Source of the DNA: Sphingomonadales bacterium
GTDB lineage: Bacteria > Pseudomonadota > Alphaproteobacteria > Sphingomonadales > Sphingomonadaceae
Assembly (NCBI GenBank): GCA_038255245.1
Contig: JBBSLM010000001.1
Coordinates: forward strand, 1 to 40,535
Direction: 5' to 3'
Length of the DNA stretch: 40,535 nucleotides
Below, in pieces: positions 1 through 10,225 of this stretch. The translations under genes and the position numbers were made by a program. A model generated the notes under the pieces. That model did not search any database. It saw nothing but the letters and a program-made list of their open reading frames with translations, and was not told the DNA's origin. Within the stretch, counting starts at the first letter, position 1, and every line of letters begins with the position of its first letter.

Positions 1-157
1 CTTCATCGTCTGGGCCAAGCTTGCCGGGACCGGCGTGGGCTATGTCGATACCCATCTGCTGGTCTCCGCGAAGCTGTTGCCCACGGCCGTGATCATGACC
101 AAAGACAATGATCTCGGGGCTCAAGCCCAGCGCCTTGGCGTGGCGTACGCGCCGTGA
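1..157 (+). CDS. PIN-domain (VapC-like) toxin, C-terminal part (partial at window edge)
   Basis: Frame from nt 2 reads FIVWAKLAGTGVGYVDTHLLVSAKL...IMTKDNDLGAQAQRLG-stop, matching the PIN C-terminal G-x-G-x-V-D-x-H-L...T-x-D pattern; TGA overlaps the next GTG. Confidence 0.7.
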   Translation, partial: FIVWAKLAGTGVGYVDTHLLVSAKLLPTAVIMTKDNDLGAQAQRLGVAYAP

Positions 158-558
158 CCGCCGGCTATTCCGGCACGCCGCTGGCGAAGAAACTGGGTTT
201 CAAGCCCGGGATGCGGATGTGGTGGGACGGCACGCCCGCTTCCGTTGCGGCGGAGATCGGGGAGACGGGCGCGTTCCTGCTGGCCGCCCCGCAGGCGCCG
301 ATCGACGCCGCCCACATCTTCGTCACCGATTATGCCGACATGGAGACGAAGCTCGCCACGCTGCGCCCGCTGCTCGCACCCGCCGGCTTCATCTGGGTGT
401 CCTGGCCGAAGCGCGCCTCGAAGCCACCGACCGACATCACCGAGGACCGCATCCGCGACGCAATTCTGCCGACGACCGATCTGGTGGACGTAAAAGTCTG
501 CGCCGTCGATTCGGTCTGGTCTGGGCTCAAGCTGATGATTCGCCGCTCGGCGCGTTGA
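154..558 (+). CDS. DUF3052-family protein
   Basis: AGYSGTPLAKKLG N-terminus, WVSWPK and VDVKVCAVD..WSGLKL motifs. Confidence 0.8.
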   Translation: MTAGYSGTPLAKKLGFKPGMRMWWDGTPASVAAEIGETGAFLLAAPQAPIDAAHIFVTDYADMETKLATLRPLLAPAGFIWVSWPKRASKPPTDITEDRIRDAILPTTDLVDVKVCAVDSVWSGLKLMIRRSAR

Positions 559-589
559 TCGTTCCCGTCGATCATTCTGATCGAAAGCT

Positions 590-608
590 ATTGCGAACGA
601 TTATCACT
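590..608 (+). promoter_or_regulatory. Fur-like iron box upstream of bfd-bfr
   Basis: ATTGCGAACGATTATCACT resembles the 19-bp Fur box; AT-rich patch about 30 nt upstream of bfd. Confidence 0.6.
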
Positions 609-640
609 ATAATATATAGGCTGCGCTCAAGGAGAATCGC

Positions 641-811
641 GTGGTCGTTTGCATCTGCAATGCCATCAAGGAGCGGGACGTGCGCCAGGCGGCGCGCAGC
701 GGCGCCTCTTGCCCGGCCAGCGCCTATGCCGCCTGCGGCAAGCGCGCGCGGTGCGGCCAATGCTTCTCATTCGCACGCGACATCATCGCCGCCGAGCGTG
801 CGACTGCCTAG
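641..811 (+). CDS. bfd: Bacterioferritin-associated ferredoxin (2Fe-2S), 56 aa, not in ORF track
   Basis: GGAGA RBS then GTG; MVVCICNAIKERDVR...CGQC motifs; directly upstream of bfr. Confidence 0.9.
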   Translation: MVVCICNAIKERDVRQAARSGASCPASAYAACGKRARCGQCFSFARDIIAAERATA

Positions 812-903
812 CAAGAGCGGCTAATTTTTCGCAGTTTTCCGCCATTTTCTGACTGTCGCCTTGCGCTCGCTTGCGGTAGAATCCGCGGCGAAAGGAACTT
901 CCC

Positions 904-1386
904 ATGCAAGGCGACCCGCAGGTCATCCAGCACCTCAATGACACGCTCAAGAACGAGCTGACGGCGGTCAATCAATATTGGCTGCATTACCGCATGCTCG
1001 ACAATTGGGGCATCACCCGGCTGGCCGAATATGAGCGGCACGAATCGATCGACGAGATGAAGCATGCCGATACGCTCGCCGAGCGCATCCTCTTCCTCGA
1101 CGGCCTGCCCAATTTCCAGATGCTCGGCCGCCTGCGCATCGGCGAGAATGTCGAGGAGGTGCTGCGCGCCGACCTTGAGCTCGAGCGCGAGGCGATCGCC
1201 CAGCTCAAGGAGGCCATCCCCTATTGCGAGAGCGTCGGCGATTTCGTCTCGCGCGAAGTCTTCCGCCGCATCCTCGAGACGGAGGAGGAGCATGTCGATT
1301 TTCTCGAAACCCAGTTCGTGATGATCGAGCAGATGGGCCTGCAGAATTACGTCCAGCTGCAGAGCAAGCCGGCGGGCGGGGAATAG
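904..1386 (+). CDS. bfr: Bacterioferritin
   Basis: MQGDPQVI..LN..L.NELTAVNQYWLH, ESIDEMKHAD and EEEHVDFLE ferroxidase/heme motifs. Confidence 0.97.
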   Translation: MQGDPQVIQHLNDTLKNELTAVNQYWLHYRMLDNWGITRLAEYERHESIDEMKHADTLAERILFLDGLPNFQMLGRLRIGENVEEVLRADLELEREAIAQLKEAIPYCESVGDFVSREVFRRILETEEEHVDFLETQFVMIEQMGLQNYVQLQSKPAGGE

Positions 1387-1425
1387 CGACTTCCCACGCG
1401 CGACCGGGTTGGTGAATATGGCGGC

Positions 1426-2103
1426 ATGAGCCAACCCTATCAGCCCATTCCGTGGCCCGGCCTTCCCGACCATTCTTCCGGTGAGGTGATCGCCCGCACG
1501 CGCGCTTTCTACGAACGCGCGCGCGAGCGCCGTACCTGCCGGTCCTTCTCCGCGGCGCCCGTGCCGCGCGAAGCGATCGAATATGCCCTCCTCGCGGCCG
1601 GTACCGCGCCGAGCGGCGCGAACCACCAGCCCTGGCACTTCGCGATCATATCGACGCCGGAATTGAAGCATAAGCTGCGCGAAGCGGCGGAAGCCGAGGA
1701 GCGCGATTTCTATCGGGGCAAGGCCGGCGACGAATGGCTTGATGCGCTCGCACCGCTCGGGACAGACGCCGACAAGCCCTATCTGGAGATCGCGCCCTGG
1801 CACATCGTCGTGTTCGGCCAGCGCCGCGGCGGCATCGAACCGGAAGACGACAAGCAGAATTATTACGTCACGGAAAGCGTGGGCATCGCCTGCGGCATCC
1901 TCCTTTTGGCGCTGCACGAGGCTGGCTTGGCGACGCTGACCCACACGCCCAATCCGATGCGGTTCTTGAACCGGCTGTGCGGACGGCCGGCCAATGAAAA
2001 GCCCGTGATGGTGATCGTCACCGGCAAGCCCGCCGCCGACGCGACAATTCCCGCGCATGCCCTTCGCAAGAAGTCGTTGGACCGGATTTCGAGCTGGCTG
2101 TAA
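1426..2103 (+). CDS. Nitroreductase-superfamily flavoprotein, iodotyrosine deiodinase (IYD)-like
   Basis: RRTCRSF, AGTAPSGANHQPW, EAEERDFY, KPYLE and TLTHTP motifs. Confidence 0.85.
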   Translation: MSQPYQPIPWPGLPDHSSGEVIARTRAFYERARERRTCRSFSAAPVPREAIEYALLAAGTAPSGANHQPWHFAIISTPELKHKLREAAEAEERDFYRGKAGDEWLDALAPLGTDADKPYLEIAPWHIVVFGQRRGGIEPEDDKQNYYVTESVGIACGILLLALHEAGLATLTHTPNPMRFLNRLCGRPANEKPVMVIVTGKPAADATIPAHALRKKSLDRISSWL

Positions 2104-2128
2104 GTCGGTGCCCACGGGGAGGTCGGGC

Positions 2129-3367
2129 ATGATCGCCGCGCCAGCGCATGACCGCATCCTCACGCTCGACGTCGTGCGCGGCGTTGCCGTGATGGGCATC
2201 CTGGCGATGAACATCCTTGCCTTCGCCATGCCCTTCCCGGCCTATATGAACCCGACGGCCTATGGGCTGGAGAGCGACGCGGACCTCGCCTCCTGGGCAT
2301 TCAGCTTCGTCTTCATCGACGGCAAGATGCGCGGGCTCTTTTCCTTCCTGTTCGGTGCCAGCACCTTGCTGGTGATCGAGCGCGCGCGGGCCGCGGGGGC
2401 AAGCACGGCGAGTGTCCATTGTGCGCGCATGTTCTGGCTGCTCATTTTCGGCCTCCTGCATTTCTACTTCATCTGGTTCGGCGACATTCTCGCCAGCTAC
2501 GCGATGGCCGGGCTCTTGCTCTTCTTCTTCCGCGACTGCCGGGTGCGGACGCTCGTCATCTGGGGGATCGTGCTGATCTTCGTGCAAGTCGCGCTCGTCG
2601 GCGCGGGGGCGGCGAAGTTCGCCTACCTTGCTTCGGCCGTCGCCGGCGGCAGCAGCGACCCCACCCTGCTCGAGGCCTATCAAGGCTTCGCGGCCGGTTT
2701 CTCGCAGCTGGCGCCGCAGGCGCTGGCGGACGACCTCGCGCTCGGCCGCGGTTCGTGGAGCGGGCTCGTCCACGAGCGCCTAGTCGAACATGGCTGGGAA
2801 CCCTTTTCCAGCCTGCCCTTCTTCCTCGCCGAGACGCTCGCCTACATGCTGTTCGGCATGGCGGCGCTGAAATCGGGCTTCCTCACCGGCGCATGGACGC
2901 CAACGCGCTACGCCCGGTGGATGGTGACCGGCTTCGCGATCGGCATCCCCGCTTATGCGGCGCTCGCTTTTTTCCTGATCCGCGCCGATTTCGCGCCCGA
3001 GGCGGTCTTCACCTTCGCGCTCGCGGCAACCACACCTTTCCGGCCGCTGATGATCGTCGCGACGGCGGCGCCCATCATCCTGCTCGCGCGCCGCGGCGGC
3101 TGGCTGGTCGAGCGCATCGCCGCGGCCGGGCGCGCGGCCTTCAGCAATTATCTCGGCACGTCGATCCTGATGACGTTCCTGTTCTACGGCTACGGCTTCG
3201 GCCTCTACGGGCAGTTAAGCCGGGTCGAACTGTGGCTGCCCGTGATCGCGATGTGGGTGTTGATGCTCGCCTGGTCGAAGCCGTGGCTCGACCGCTACCG
3301 CTACGGCCCGTTCGAATGGCTGTGGCGCAGCCTCTCGCGCGGCCGGCTGGAGCCGATGCAACGCTAG
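2129..3367 (+). CDS. DUF418 (YeiB-like) membrane protein
   Basis: RILTLDVVRGVAVMGILAMN, GKMRGLFSFLFG and GPFEWLWR motifs; GGAGG RBS before ATG 2129. Confidence 0.9.
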   Translation: MIAAPAHDRILTLDVVRGVAVMGILAMNILAFAMPFPAYMNPTAYGLESDADLASWAFSFVFIDGKMRGLFSFLFGASTLLVIERARAAGASTASVHCARMFWLLIFGLLHFYFIWFGDILASYAMAGLLLFFFRDCRVRTLVIWGIVLIFVQVALVGAGAAKFAYLASAVAGGSSDPTLLEAYQGFAAGFSQLAPQALADDLALGRGSWSGLVHERLVEHGWEPFSSLPFFLAETLAYMLFGMAALKSGFLTGAWTPTRYARWMVTGFAIGIPAYAALAFFLIRADFAPEAVFTFALAATTPFRPLMIVATAAPIILLARRGGWLVERIAAAGRAAFSNYLGTSILMTFLFYGYGFGLYGQLSRVELWLPVIAMWVLMLAWSKPWLDRYRYGPFEWLWRSLSRGRLEPMQR

Positions 3368-3774
3368 CTGCGCGTCCCGAAACCGCCGCCCCGGCGCTGC
3401 AGCAGCGGGTTGGCGCGCTCCTGCAACAGATCGATGGTCTTGCGGTAGAGCGGTCGCAACTGCGCGACCTGCGGCAAGATGTCGTCCGGAAAGAGCTGCA
3501 TTTCCACCGCATGGCGCGCGGCGGTCTCGATATCCTCGGCCAGCACCGCCAGGGGAATGGCGCCGAACTGGCGCGCTTCCGATTTCAGCGTGTGGGCCGG
3601 AATGATCATCGCGGTCGCGTCCTTGGCGTGCATGGCCGCCTCGATCCGCGTCACCGACTTCTCACCGTCTTCGTGGAAGTAACCAAGGATCCGCACGAAG
3701 CTCGCGCCCAGCTCGAACCGCACCGACGAATAGACGGACCAGTCGACAACCTCGTCGGCAATGTCTTCGGTCAC
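3364..3774 (-). CDS. Stand-alone Hpt (histidine phosphotransfer) protein
   Basis: AHTLKSEARQFGA phospho-acceptor motif; GTG start inferred. Confidence 0.85.
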   Translation of the reverse strand: MTEDIADEVVDWSVYSSVRFELGASFVRILGYFHEDGEKSVTRIEAAMHAKDATAMIIPAHTLKSEARQFGAIPLAVLAEDIETAARHAVEMQLFPDDILPQVAQLRPLYRKTIDLLQERANPLLQRRGGGFGTRS

Positions 3775-3876
3775 GCGCCCACCCCTGTCCAAATCTGTGC
3801 GGAAGCTATGCGCCAAGGGGTAAAAAAGCGATTTACACAGGACGCTTTCCGCACCGGAAAATCGCATCCAATTCGG

Positions 3877-5232
3877 TCAGGGATCGAAGGGGTTACGGGT
3901 CGAACGGAAGTTCAGCCGCACCGGCACCGCGCCGAAGCCGAGGTCCTTGCGGATGCCGTTCACCAGATAGCGGCGATAGCTTTCCGGCAGATCGTCGGTG
4001 CGGGTTCCGAACACGACGAAGGTCGGCGGGCGGTTGGCGACCTGGGTGATATAGCGCAGCTTGATCCGCTTGCCGCCGGGCGCGGGGGTGGGGTTTTTCT
4101 CGACCGCCGCCTCGAACCAGCGGTTGAGTTCGCCGGTCGGCACGCGCCGCGACCAGGCCTCGCGCACTTCGAACGCGGCCTTCAGCAGGATATCCAGGCC
4201 CTTGCCGGTTGCGCCCGACACGGTGAGCAACGGCACCCCGCGAACCTGCGCCAATCCCTCGTCGAGCGCATTGCGGATGCCGTTCAGCAGGCCGCTGCCG
4301 CCTTCGGCGACATCCCATTTGTTGATCGCGATGATCAGGGCGCGGCCTTCCTGCAGCACCTTGTCGGCGATCTTCAAATCCTGCGCCTCAAGCCCCAGGG
4401 TCGCGTCGAGCAGCAGCACGACCACTTCGGCGAAATCGACCGCCCGCAGCCCATCTGAAACAGCGAGCTTCTCGAGCTTGTCCTGGACCTTGGCGCGCTT
4501 GCGCATGCCCGCCGTATCGATCAGCCGCACTGGCCGTTCGGTCCCGTCCGGCGCGGTCCACAGCCAGTCGATCGCGATCGAATCGCGGGTGATGCCGGCT
4601 TCCGGCCCGGTGATCAGCCGTTCCTCGCTGAGGATGCGGTTGATCAGCGTGGACTTGCCAGCATTGGGCCGGCCGACGACGGCGAGCTTCAGCGGACCCT
4701 CGGTCTCGTCTTCCGCGACCTCGTCTTCCTCGGGCCGTTCGAAATGCGGCAGCAGCCGTTCGAACAGATCGCCCACGCCCTCGCCATGTTCGGCGCTCAT
4801 CGCGATCGGATCGCCGAGGCCAAGCGCATAGGCTTCGAGCAGGCCGCTTTCCCCGGCCTTGCCCTCCGCCTTGTTGGCGGCGACGATCACGGGCGTCGGT
4901 TCCTCGCGCAGCCAGCGGGAGATTTCCTCGTCGAGGGGCGTCACGCCCGCGCGCGCATCGATCAGGAACAGCACCGCATCCGCCTCGCGCACCGCCGCCA
5001 TGGTCTGCGCGCGCATCCGGCCCGGCAGCGACGCGGCATCCTCATCCTCGTAGCCGGCGGTATCGATCGCGGTGAAATCGAGCCCGAGCAGGCTCGCCTC
5101 CCCTTCCCGCCGGTCGCGGGTCACGCCTGGGCGGTCGTCGACCAAAGCGAGCTTCTTGCCGACCAGCCGGTTGAACAGGGTCGATTTGCCGACATTCGGC
5201 CGGCCGACGATGGCGAGTGTTGGAAGCCGCAT
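3877..5232 (-). CDS. der: Ribosome biogenesis GTPase Der (EngA)
   Basis: Two G domains ([26 protein letters not shown]) plus C-terminal KH-like domain. Confidence 0.97.
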   Translation of the reverse strand: MRLPTLAIVGRPNVGKSTLFNRLVGKKLALVDDRPGVTRDRREGEASLLGLDFTAIDTAGYEDEDAASLPGRMRAQTMAAVREADAVLFLIDARAGVTPLDEEISRWLREEPTPVIVAANKAEGKAGESGLLEAYALGLGDPIAMSAEHGEGVGDLFERLLPHFERPEEDEVAEDETEGPLKLAVVGRPNAGKSTLINRILSEERLITGPEAGITRDSIAIDWLWTAPDGTERPVRLIDTAGMRKRAKVQDKLEKLAVSDGLRAVDFAEVVVLLLDATLGLEAQDLKIADKVLQEGRALIIAINKWDVAEGGSGLLNGIRNALDEGLAQVRGVPLLTVSGATGKGLDILLKAAFEVREAWSRRVPTGELNRWFEAAVEKNPTPAPGGKRIKLRYITQVANRPPTFVVFGTRTDDLPESYRRYLVNGIRKDLGFGAVPVRLNFRSTRNPFDP

Positions 5233-5282
5233 GGTGCGCGCGGGGTGACCGGTACGGCGCGAGAGGTCAAGTGAAGGAAGTG

Positions 5283-5365
5283 CCACCCCCAGCCCCTCCA
5301 GCAAGAGCTGGAGGGGAGCCACAGCCTGACTCCCCTCCACGATTTCGTGGAGGGGTTGGGGGTGG
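5283..5365. repeat. REP-like double palindrome
   Basis: CCACCCCC..CCCCTCCAGC-AAGA-GCTGGAGGGG followed by CCCCTCCACG-ATTT-CGTGGAGGGG..GGGGGTGG; nested inverted repeats. Confidence 0.8.
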
Positions 5366-5422
5366 TTCTTCTTGCCTGCCTGTTGAGCCGCGGGCTAGCT
5401 ACGCGCCGACCGGGGGACAGAC

Positions 5423-6829
5423 ATGGCCGTTTTCATCGACGATGCGGGCAAAGGCGAGCATCACGAACTGCTGAAACCCGCGCCGGGCGCATGGCGGCTG
5501 GCCTGGCTGCTGATGGCGGTCGCCACCGTGTCGTGGCTCGATCGCACCCTGATCGGCATCCTGATCGAGCCGATCAAGGCCGAATTCAGTTTCACCGATA
5601 CCGAAATCTCGCTTCTGACCGGGCTCGCCTTCTCGGTCTGCTACGGGGTGGGCGCGCTGCCCATCGCCTGGCTCGCGGACCGCATGAACAGAGCGCTGCT
5701 GCTCGCGATCGGTGTCACCATTTGGTGCTCGCTGACCGTCGGCTTCGGCTTCGCCTCGGCCTTTTGGGTCCTGTTCCTCTGCCGGATGGGCGTGGGCCTG
5801 GGCGAGGCAACGGCGGTGCCCTGCTCGATTTCGCTGCTCTCGGACCGCTTCCCGCGTACCGTGCTGCCGCGCGGGCTCGGCATTTTCCAGCTGGGAACGC
5901 CGATCGGCGTCACGCTGGCAACCGCTGGTGCGGCGACACTCACCGAGTGGCTGATGACAAGCGGAACCGCCGAGCAGATCGGCATGAGCGCCTGGCGCAT
6001 CACCTTCATCTGCGCGGGCGCTCTGGGCCTGATGCTCGTCCTGCCCCTGCTGTTGGTCCGTGATCAGCGGGCGCCTGCACCCAAGGTGCGCGCGGGCGAG
6101 GAGAAGCGCGAAGGGCTGCTGTCCCACCTCCGCAACGTGCGCGGCTACATAATTCCCTTGATGGCCGGAAACGCCCTCTTCGCCCTCTTTCTCTACGGCT
6201 ATCCGCAGTGGGTCGTGGTCATGTTCCAGCGCGTCCACGGCTGGTCGCTGCGGGAAACCGGGATTGCCTTCGGCGCGGTGGCCGTCGCCACCGGCATTCT
6301 TGGCGCGCTCGCGGCGGGCTGGCTGGCGCCGCGCCTCAGTCGCCGCATGGGCAAGGATTCCACGTTCCGCCTAAAGGTGATCGCGTCCTTCGTCATCGCC
6401 CCGCTCGCCGTGATCGCCCCGATCATGCCCAATCCCTGGCTCAGCCTCGCCGCGCTGTGTACGCCCCTGCTGTTCGCCTACGGCGCGTCGACCTTGTTGC
6501 CCGGCGCGATCGTCAACGCCTCGCCGAGCTGGCTGCGCGCCCGCTTCATCGCGATCAACGTGTTCCTCGGCTCGCTGGTCGGCGGCGGCCTCGGCGCGCT
6601 CTTTTTCGCGACGCTGACCGACCATGTGTTCCGGGACGAGAAATTGGTGGGCTACTCGCTCGCTCTGGGCAGCGCCATGATCTGGGCGGCGATCATCCCG
6701 TTATGGCTGCTCGCCAGCCGCCGCTACCACGACGCCATCCACCGCGCCGACGCGGTGGAACGGGCAGCGGGCCGGCCGAGCCATGATGACGGGCTGGAGG
6801 ATGACGCCCCGGTTGTGGTGGTGCGCTGA
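5423..6829 (+). CDS. MFS transporter (spinster-like)
   Basis: About 12 hydrophobic segments; WLDRTLIGILIEPIK and LADRMNR (motif A-like), RMGVGLGEA. Confidence 0.9.
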   Translation: MAVFIDDAGKGEHHELLKPAPGAWRLAWLLMAVATVSWLDRTLIGILIEPIKAEFSFTDTEISLLTGLAFSVCYGVGALPIAWLADRMNRALLLAIGVTIWCSLTVGFGFASAFWVLFLCRMGVGLGEATAVPCSISLLSDRFPRTVLPRGLGIFQLGTPIGVTLATAGAATLTEWLMTSGTAEQIGMSAWRITFICAGALGLMLVLPLLLVRDQRAPAPKVRAGEEKREGLLSHLRNVRGYIIPLMAGNALFALFLYGYPQWVVVMFQRVHGWSLRETGIAFGAVAVATGILGALAAGWLAPRLSRRMGKDSTFRLKVIASFVIAPLAVIAPIMPNPWLSLAALCTPLLFAYGASTLLPGAIVNASPSWLRARFIAINVFLGSLVGGGLGALFFATLTDHVFRDEKLVGYSLALGSAMIWAAIIPLWLLASRRYHDAIHRADAVERAAGRPSHDDGLEDDAPVVVVR

Positions 6830-6838
6830 ATCTCGTGA

Positions 6839-7002
6839 TCCTCCCCTGCTTTTGCAGGGGAGGGGGACCGCTCGCGCAGCGAGTGGTGGAGGGGCCGCGC
6901 CGCAGGCGCGGTTCTTCTCCTCGAAAAGCAAAAGACCGGCGCTTTCGCGCCGGTCCCTCCACCGCTTCGCGGTCCCCCTCCCCTCGAAAACGAGGGGAGG
7001 AT
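6839..7002. repeat. REP/RIME-like element, two inverted units
   Basis: TCCTCCCC-stem-GGGGAGGGGGACCG...GGTGGAGGG at 6839-6898 and its inverted copy at 6955-7002, between convergent genes. Confidence 0.85.
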
Positions 7003-7008
7003 TCAAGA

Positions 7009-8370
7009 TCAACGATAGGCCGTCAGCATGCCCTGGTCGTCCAGCACATACATCACGCCGTTCGCGACCACTGGCGGCAGCGAGATCGGCGTCGTGTGGG
7101 TGATCGTGCCGCGGGTCGCGCCGTCGGCCGGGTTGATAAGGACGATCTGGCCGGTCGAGCTGGCGAGCACGAGATTGCCGCCCGCGAGCAAGGGCCCGCG
7201 CCAGAAAATCGGCCCCGAGCCCGGCGTCACGCGGACGTTGCCGATGCGATCGGGCGCGCTGCGGCGCTCCGGCGAACGGAAACGCTGCAGCTGTGATTTC
7301 CAGCGGATCCGGCCCGAGCTGCGCGCCACCGCAAGCAATTCCGCGCGGTCGGTCACCACGAACACCCAGTCGCCCGCCACCCAGGGCGACGAGATACCGG
7401 CGATGTTGATTTCCCAGGCGCGCTGGCCGCTGACCAGTTCGACCGCGACCATGCGGCCGCCCTGGCCGACCGCGAAGACGCGGCCATTGTCGATCACCGG
7501 ATCGGCATCGATGTCGGACAGATTGCCGACGATCGTGCTGACGCCGGTGCGCGACAGCGCGTCCTGCCACACCACCTGGCCATTTTCGTAGCGATAGGCG
7601 GTGAGCTCGCCGCTCGAGAAGCCGGTGACGATGGTCGATTGGGCGAAGGCCGGAGCCGCGGCGCCGAACACGCCGGCCAGTTCGACGGCACCGATGCCGT
7701 TCCACTGCGTCTGGCCGTTATCCGCGTTGAGCGCGTAAACCTGATTGTCCTGGCTGACGACATAGACGCTGCCGGAGGCCACGGTCGGGGCACCGCGCAA
7801 TGGCCCGCCCGGGCGGGACATCCAGACCTGCGCGCCGGTCGAAGCGTCGAGCGCGGCGGCATAGCCGGCGCCGTTGGTCGCATAGACCCGGCCATTGTCG
7901 AAGCTCACGCCGCCGCCGTACACGATATCGCCCGTGCCCTCTTCGCCGCGCACCGGCGTTTCCCACATGCGCGCGCCGCTATTGGCGTCGAAGGCGCGGA
8001 CCATGCCGGCCGTGTCGATCGTGTAGACCCGTCCCGCCGCGACCACCGGCTCGGCCGCCAGCCGGCCCCGGCTGGTGCTGCCGGCGCCAATGCTGACGCT
8101 CCACTGCCGCGCCGGCGAGGCGGACAAATTGACGTGGGTCATGGCGTGGGCGGGATTGCCGCCCGGCTGCGGCCAGTCCGCATTGGCGATCGGTCCCGGC
8201 ACGACGACCGGCGTGCCGGCCAGGGCCGGATCGACCTCGACCTGCGCCTCGGCGCCGAGCACGGCCTCGCGGGCGCCGACGGTTCCGGTGCGGGGTCCTT
8301 CCCCGCCCTTGAACACACTGCAGCCGGCGAGGAGCCCGCTCATGAGGGCCATGGTGACGATCGGCTTCAT
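7009..8370 (-). CDS. bamB: PQQ-like beta-propeller lipoprotein, BamB-like
   Basis: Lipobox LLAGC; repeated A-x-D/N-x-x-x-G-x-x-x-W blades; yfgM-bamB-der synteny. Confidence 0.85.
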   Translation of the reverse strand: MKPIVTMALMSGLLAGCSVFKGGEGPRTGTVGAREAVLGAEAQVEVDPALAGTPVVVPGPIANADWPQPGGNPAHAMTHVNLSASPARQWSVSIGAGSTSRGRLAAEPVVAAGRVYTIDTAGMVRAFDANSGARMWETPVRGEEGTGDIVYGGGVSFDNGRVYATNGAGYAAALDASTGAQVWMSRPGGPLRGAPTVASGSVYVVSQDNQVYALNADNGQTQWNGIGAVELAGVFGAAAPAFAQSTIVTGFSSGELTAYRYENGQVVWQDALSRTGVSTIVGNLSDIDADPVIDNGRVFAVGQGGRMVAVELVSGQRAWEINIAGISSPWVAGDWVFVVTDRAELLAVARSSGRIRWKSQLQRFRSPERRSAPDRIGNVRVTPGSGPIFWRGPLLAGGNLVLASSTGQIVLINPADGATRGTITHTTPISLPPVVANGVMYVLDDQGMLTAYR

Positions 8371-8423
8371 CCGCGCGCTCTTCCTTGCCAAGTCGGTTCT
8401 TCCCTTGTGGGTCATGATTATAT

Positions 8424-9158
8424 TCACTGCTTCGGCGCCGCGACGTTGCCGGCGGCGGCGGCCTCCAGCCCCGGATCGAGCTGGACTGCGTCGATCCCGA
8501 ACGTGCTCGCCATCTGGATCGCGCGCTGGCGGATCGATTCCGGCACGGCCTGGTCGCGGGCCATCGCCTCGAACACGCGGCCCGCATCCTGCGGCTTGTT
8601 CTGCTTGATGTAAGCGGCGGCGAGCAATTCGCCGGCGGTGCCGTGCCAGGCATTGCCGGCTGCCGCGAAGGGCCGCATCCGCTCGACCACCTGCTCGGCC
8701 GGGATGGTTTCGAACTCGAGCAGGGTCTGCCGCATCAACGCGGCGTCGCGATAAGGCTGCGGCGCGGCTTCGTCGGCGGCGATCTGCTTCAGCGTGTCGA
8801 TCGCGGCCGGGATGGCGTTGGTGGCGATCTGCGCATTGGCACGGGAGAAGAGGCCGGCGACGCGGTAGGCCGGGTTGCCGCTGTCGACGAGTTCGTCGAT
8901 CGTCGGCGCGGCGGCGCCGGCATTGTTCTGGCCCAGCTGGTCGCTGACCTGAATCAGCTTTTCGGACAGCTCGCCCGCCTGCACATTCTGCTGATGCTGA
9001 TACCAGATCCAGCCGCCGATCGCGGCGAGCAACGCCACGACGCCGATGATGATCCAGGTGCCGTAGCGGGTGACGAAACCGCTGACGCGCTCGCGCCGCA
9101 GTTCCTCATCGACCTCGCGGACGAAGGTATCGCTATCGCTCTTCGGCTTGACCGCCAA
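8424..9158 (-). CDS. YfgM-like TPR membrane-anchored protein
   Basis: FVREVDEELRRE, single TM segment, helical repeats; TTG start after GGAGA inferred. Confidence 0.85.
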   Translation of the reverse strand: MAVKPKSDSDTFVREVDEELRRERVSGFVTRYGTWIIIGVVALLAAIGGWIWYQHQQNVQAGELSEKLIQVSDQLGQNNAGAAAPTIDELVDSGNPAYRVAGLFSRANAQIATNAIPAAIDTLKQIAADEAAPQPYRDAALMRQTLLEFETIPAEQVVERMRPFAAAGNAWHGTAGELLAAAYIKQNKPQDAGRVFEAMARDQAVPESIRQRAIQMASTFGIDAVQLDPGLEAAAAGNVAAPKQ

Positions 9159-9320
9159 AATTCCGTCTCCATTTGCGGATGAAGGCGCCGCTTCGAAACC
9201 CGCTTGTGATCCCTGCACGCCCGTGCGGCAGGCTCCATACCGGCCCGCGGGCGTGAACGGAAGCTGAAACCGCTTGCCCGGCCCCGCCGTACCCGGATGG
9301 CTTAGGGGCGGATCAAGGCG

Positions 9321-10175
9321 TCATTTGGGCCGATAGACCTGTTCCTCGCCCGGAAAGGCGCGGGAGCGGACATCGGCGGCGTAGGTCGAGGCCGCTGCGG
9401 AAATCTCCCCGGCCAGATCGCCGAACTTCTTCACGAAACGCGGCGTCCGCTCGAACAGGCCGAGCATGTCCTCCGTGACCAAGATCTGCCCGTCGCATTG
9501 CGCCGACGCGCCGATGCCGATGGTGGGGCAGGCGACCGCCCGCGTGGCCTCGACCGCGATCTCCTCCATCACCCCTTCCAGCACGAGCAGGAAGGCCCCC
9601 GCGTCGGCGACGGCGCGGGCATCGGCCAGGATCTTCGCGCTTTCCTCCGCGTCGCGCCCTCGCGCACGGTAACCGCCCAGCGCATTCACCGCCTGCGGGG
9701 TCAGCCCGACATGGCCTACCACTGGAATGCCGCGGGCCGACAGGAAAGAGATCGTCGCCGCCATCGCTTCGCCGCCCTCCAGCTTCACCGAGGCCGCGCC
9801 GGTTTCCTTCATGATCCGCGCGGCGCTGCGGAACGCCTGTTCCGGGCTTTCCTCATAGGAGCCGAAGGGCATATCGACGCAGACCAGAGCGTGCCACGAA
9901 CCGCGCACCACGGCGGCGCCATGCGCGCACATCATCTCGAGCGTGACCGGGACGGTGGACGGCAGGCCGTAAATCACCTGCCCCAGCGAATCGCCGACCA
10001 GCAGCAGGTCGCAATGCTCGTCCAGCAATTGCGCCGTGCGCATGGTGTAAGCGGTCAGGCAGACGATCGGCTCGCCGCCTTTGCGCCCCCTGAGCGCCGG
10101 GACGGTCAGGCGCTTGCCCGGCGCCGGCGAAGGATTGGCGCGGCTCGTGCCGCTGTCGATGGTGAAAGTGGACAT
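9321..10175 (-). CDS. panB: 3-methyl-2-oxobutanoate hydroxymethyltransferase
   Basis: [39 protein letters not shown] motifs. Confidence 0.97.
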   Translation of the reverse strand: MSTFTIDSGTSRANPSPAPGKRLTVPALRGRKGGEPIVCLTAYTMRTAQLLDEHCDLLLVGDSLGQVIYGLPSTVPVTLEMMCAHGAAVVRGSWHALVCVDMPFGSYEESPEQAFRSAARIMKETGAASVKLEGGEAMAATISFLSARGIPVVGHVGLTPQAVNALGGYRARGRDAEESAKILADARAVADAGAFLLVLEGVMEEIAVEATRAVACPTIGIGASAQCDGQILVTEDMLGLFERTPRFVKKFGDLAGEISAAASTYAADVRSRAFPGEEQVYRPK

Positions 10176-10225
10176 GGGTGTGGATTAGCGGATCGGCCCG
10201 ACCGTGGCAAAGCGGCAGGAAACCG

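Noticed and set aside
3820-3836. Possible CtrA site (GTAAA-N7-TTTAC) upstream of the Hpt gene
   Set aside because: Departs from TTAA-N7-TTAA at several positions; too weak to call
2419-4458. 679-aa + strand ORF and many other long alternative-frame ORFs (e.g. 808-2229, 12379-13821, 25855-27405)
   Set aside because: Arg/Ala/Pro-rich shadow frames overlapping well-supported genes, as expected in high-GC DNA
5283-7002. CRISPR array
   Set aside because: Repeats are dispersed palindromes without regular repeat-spacer periodicity, and no cas genes are present
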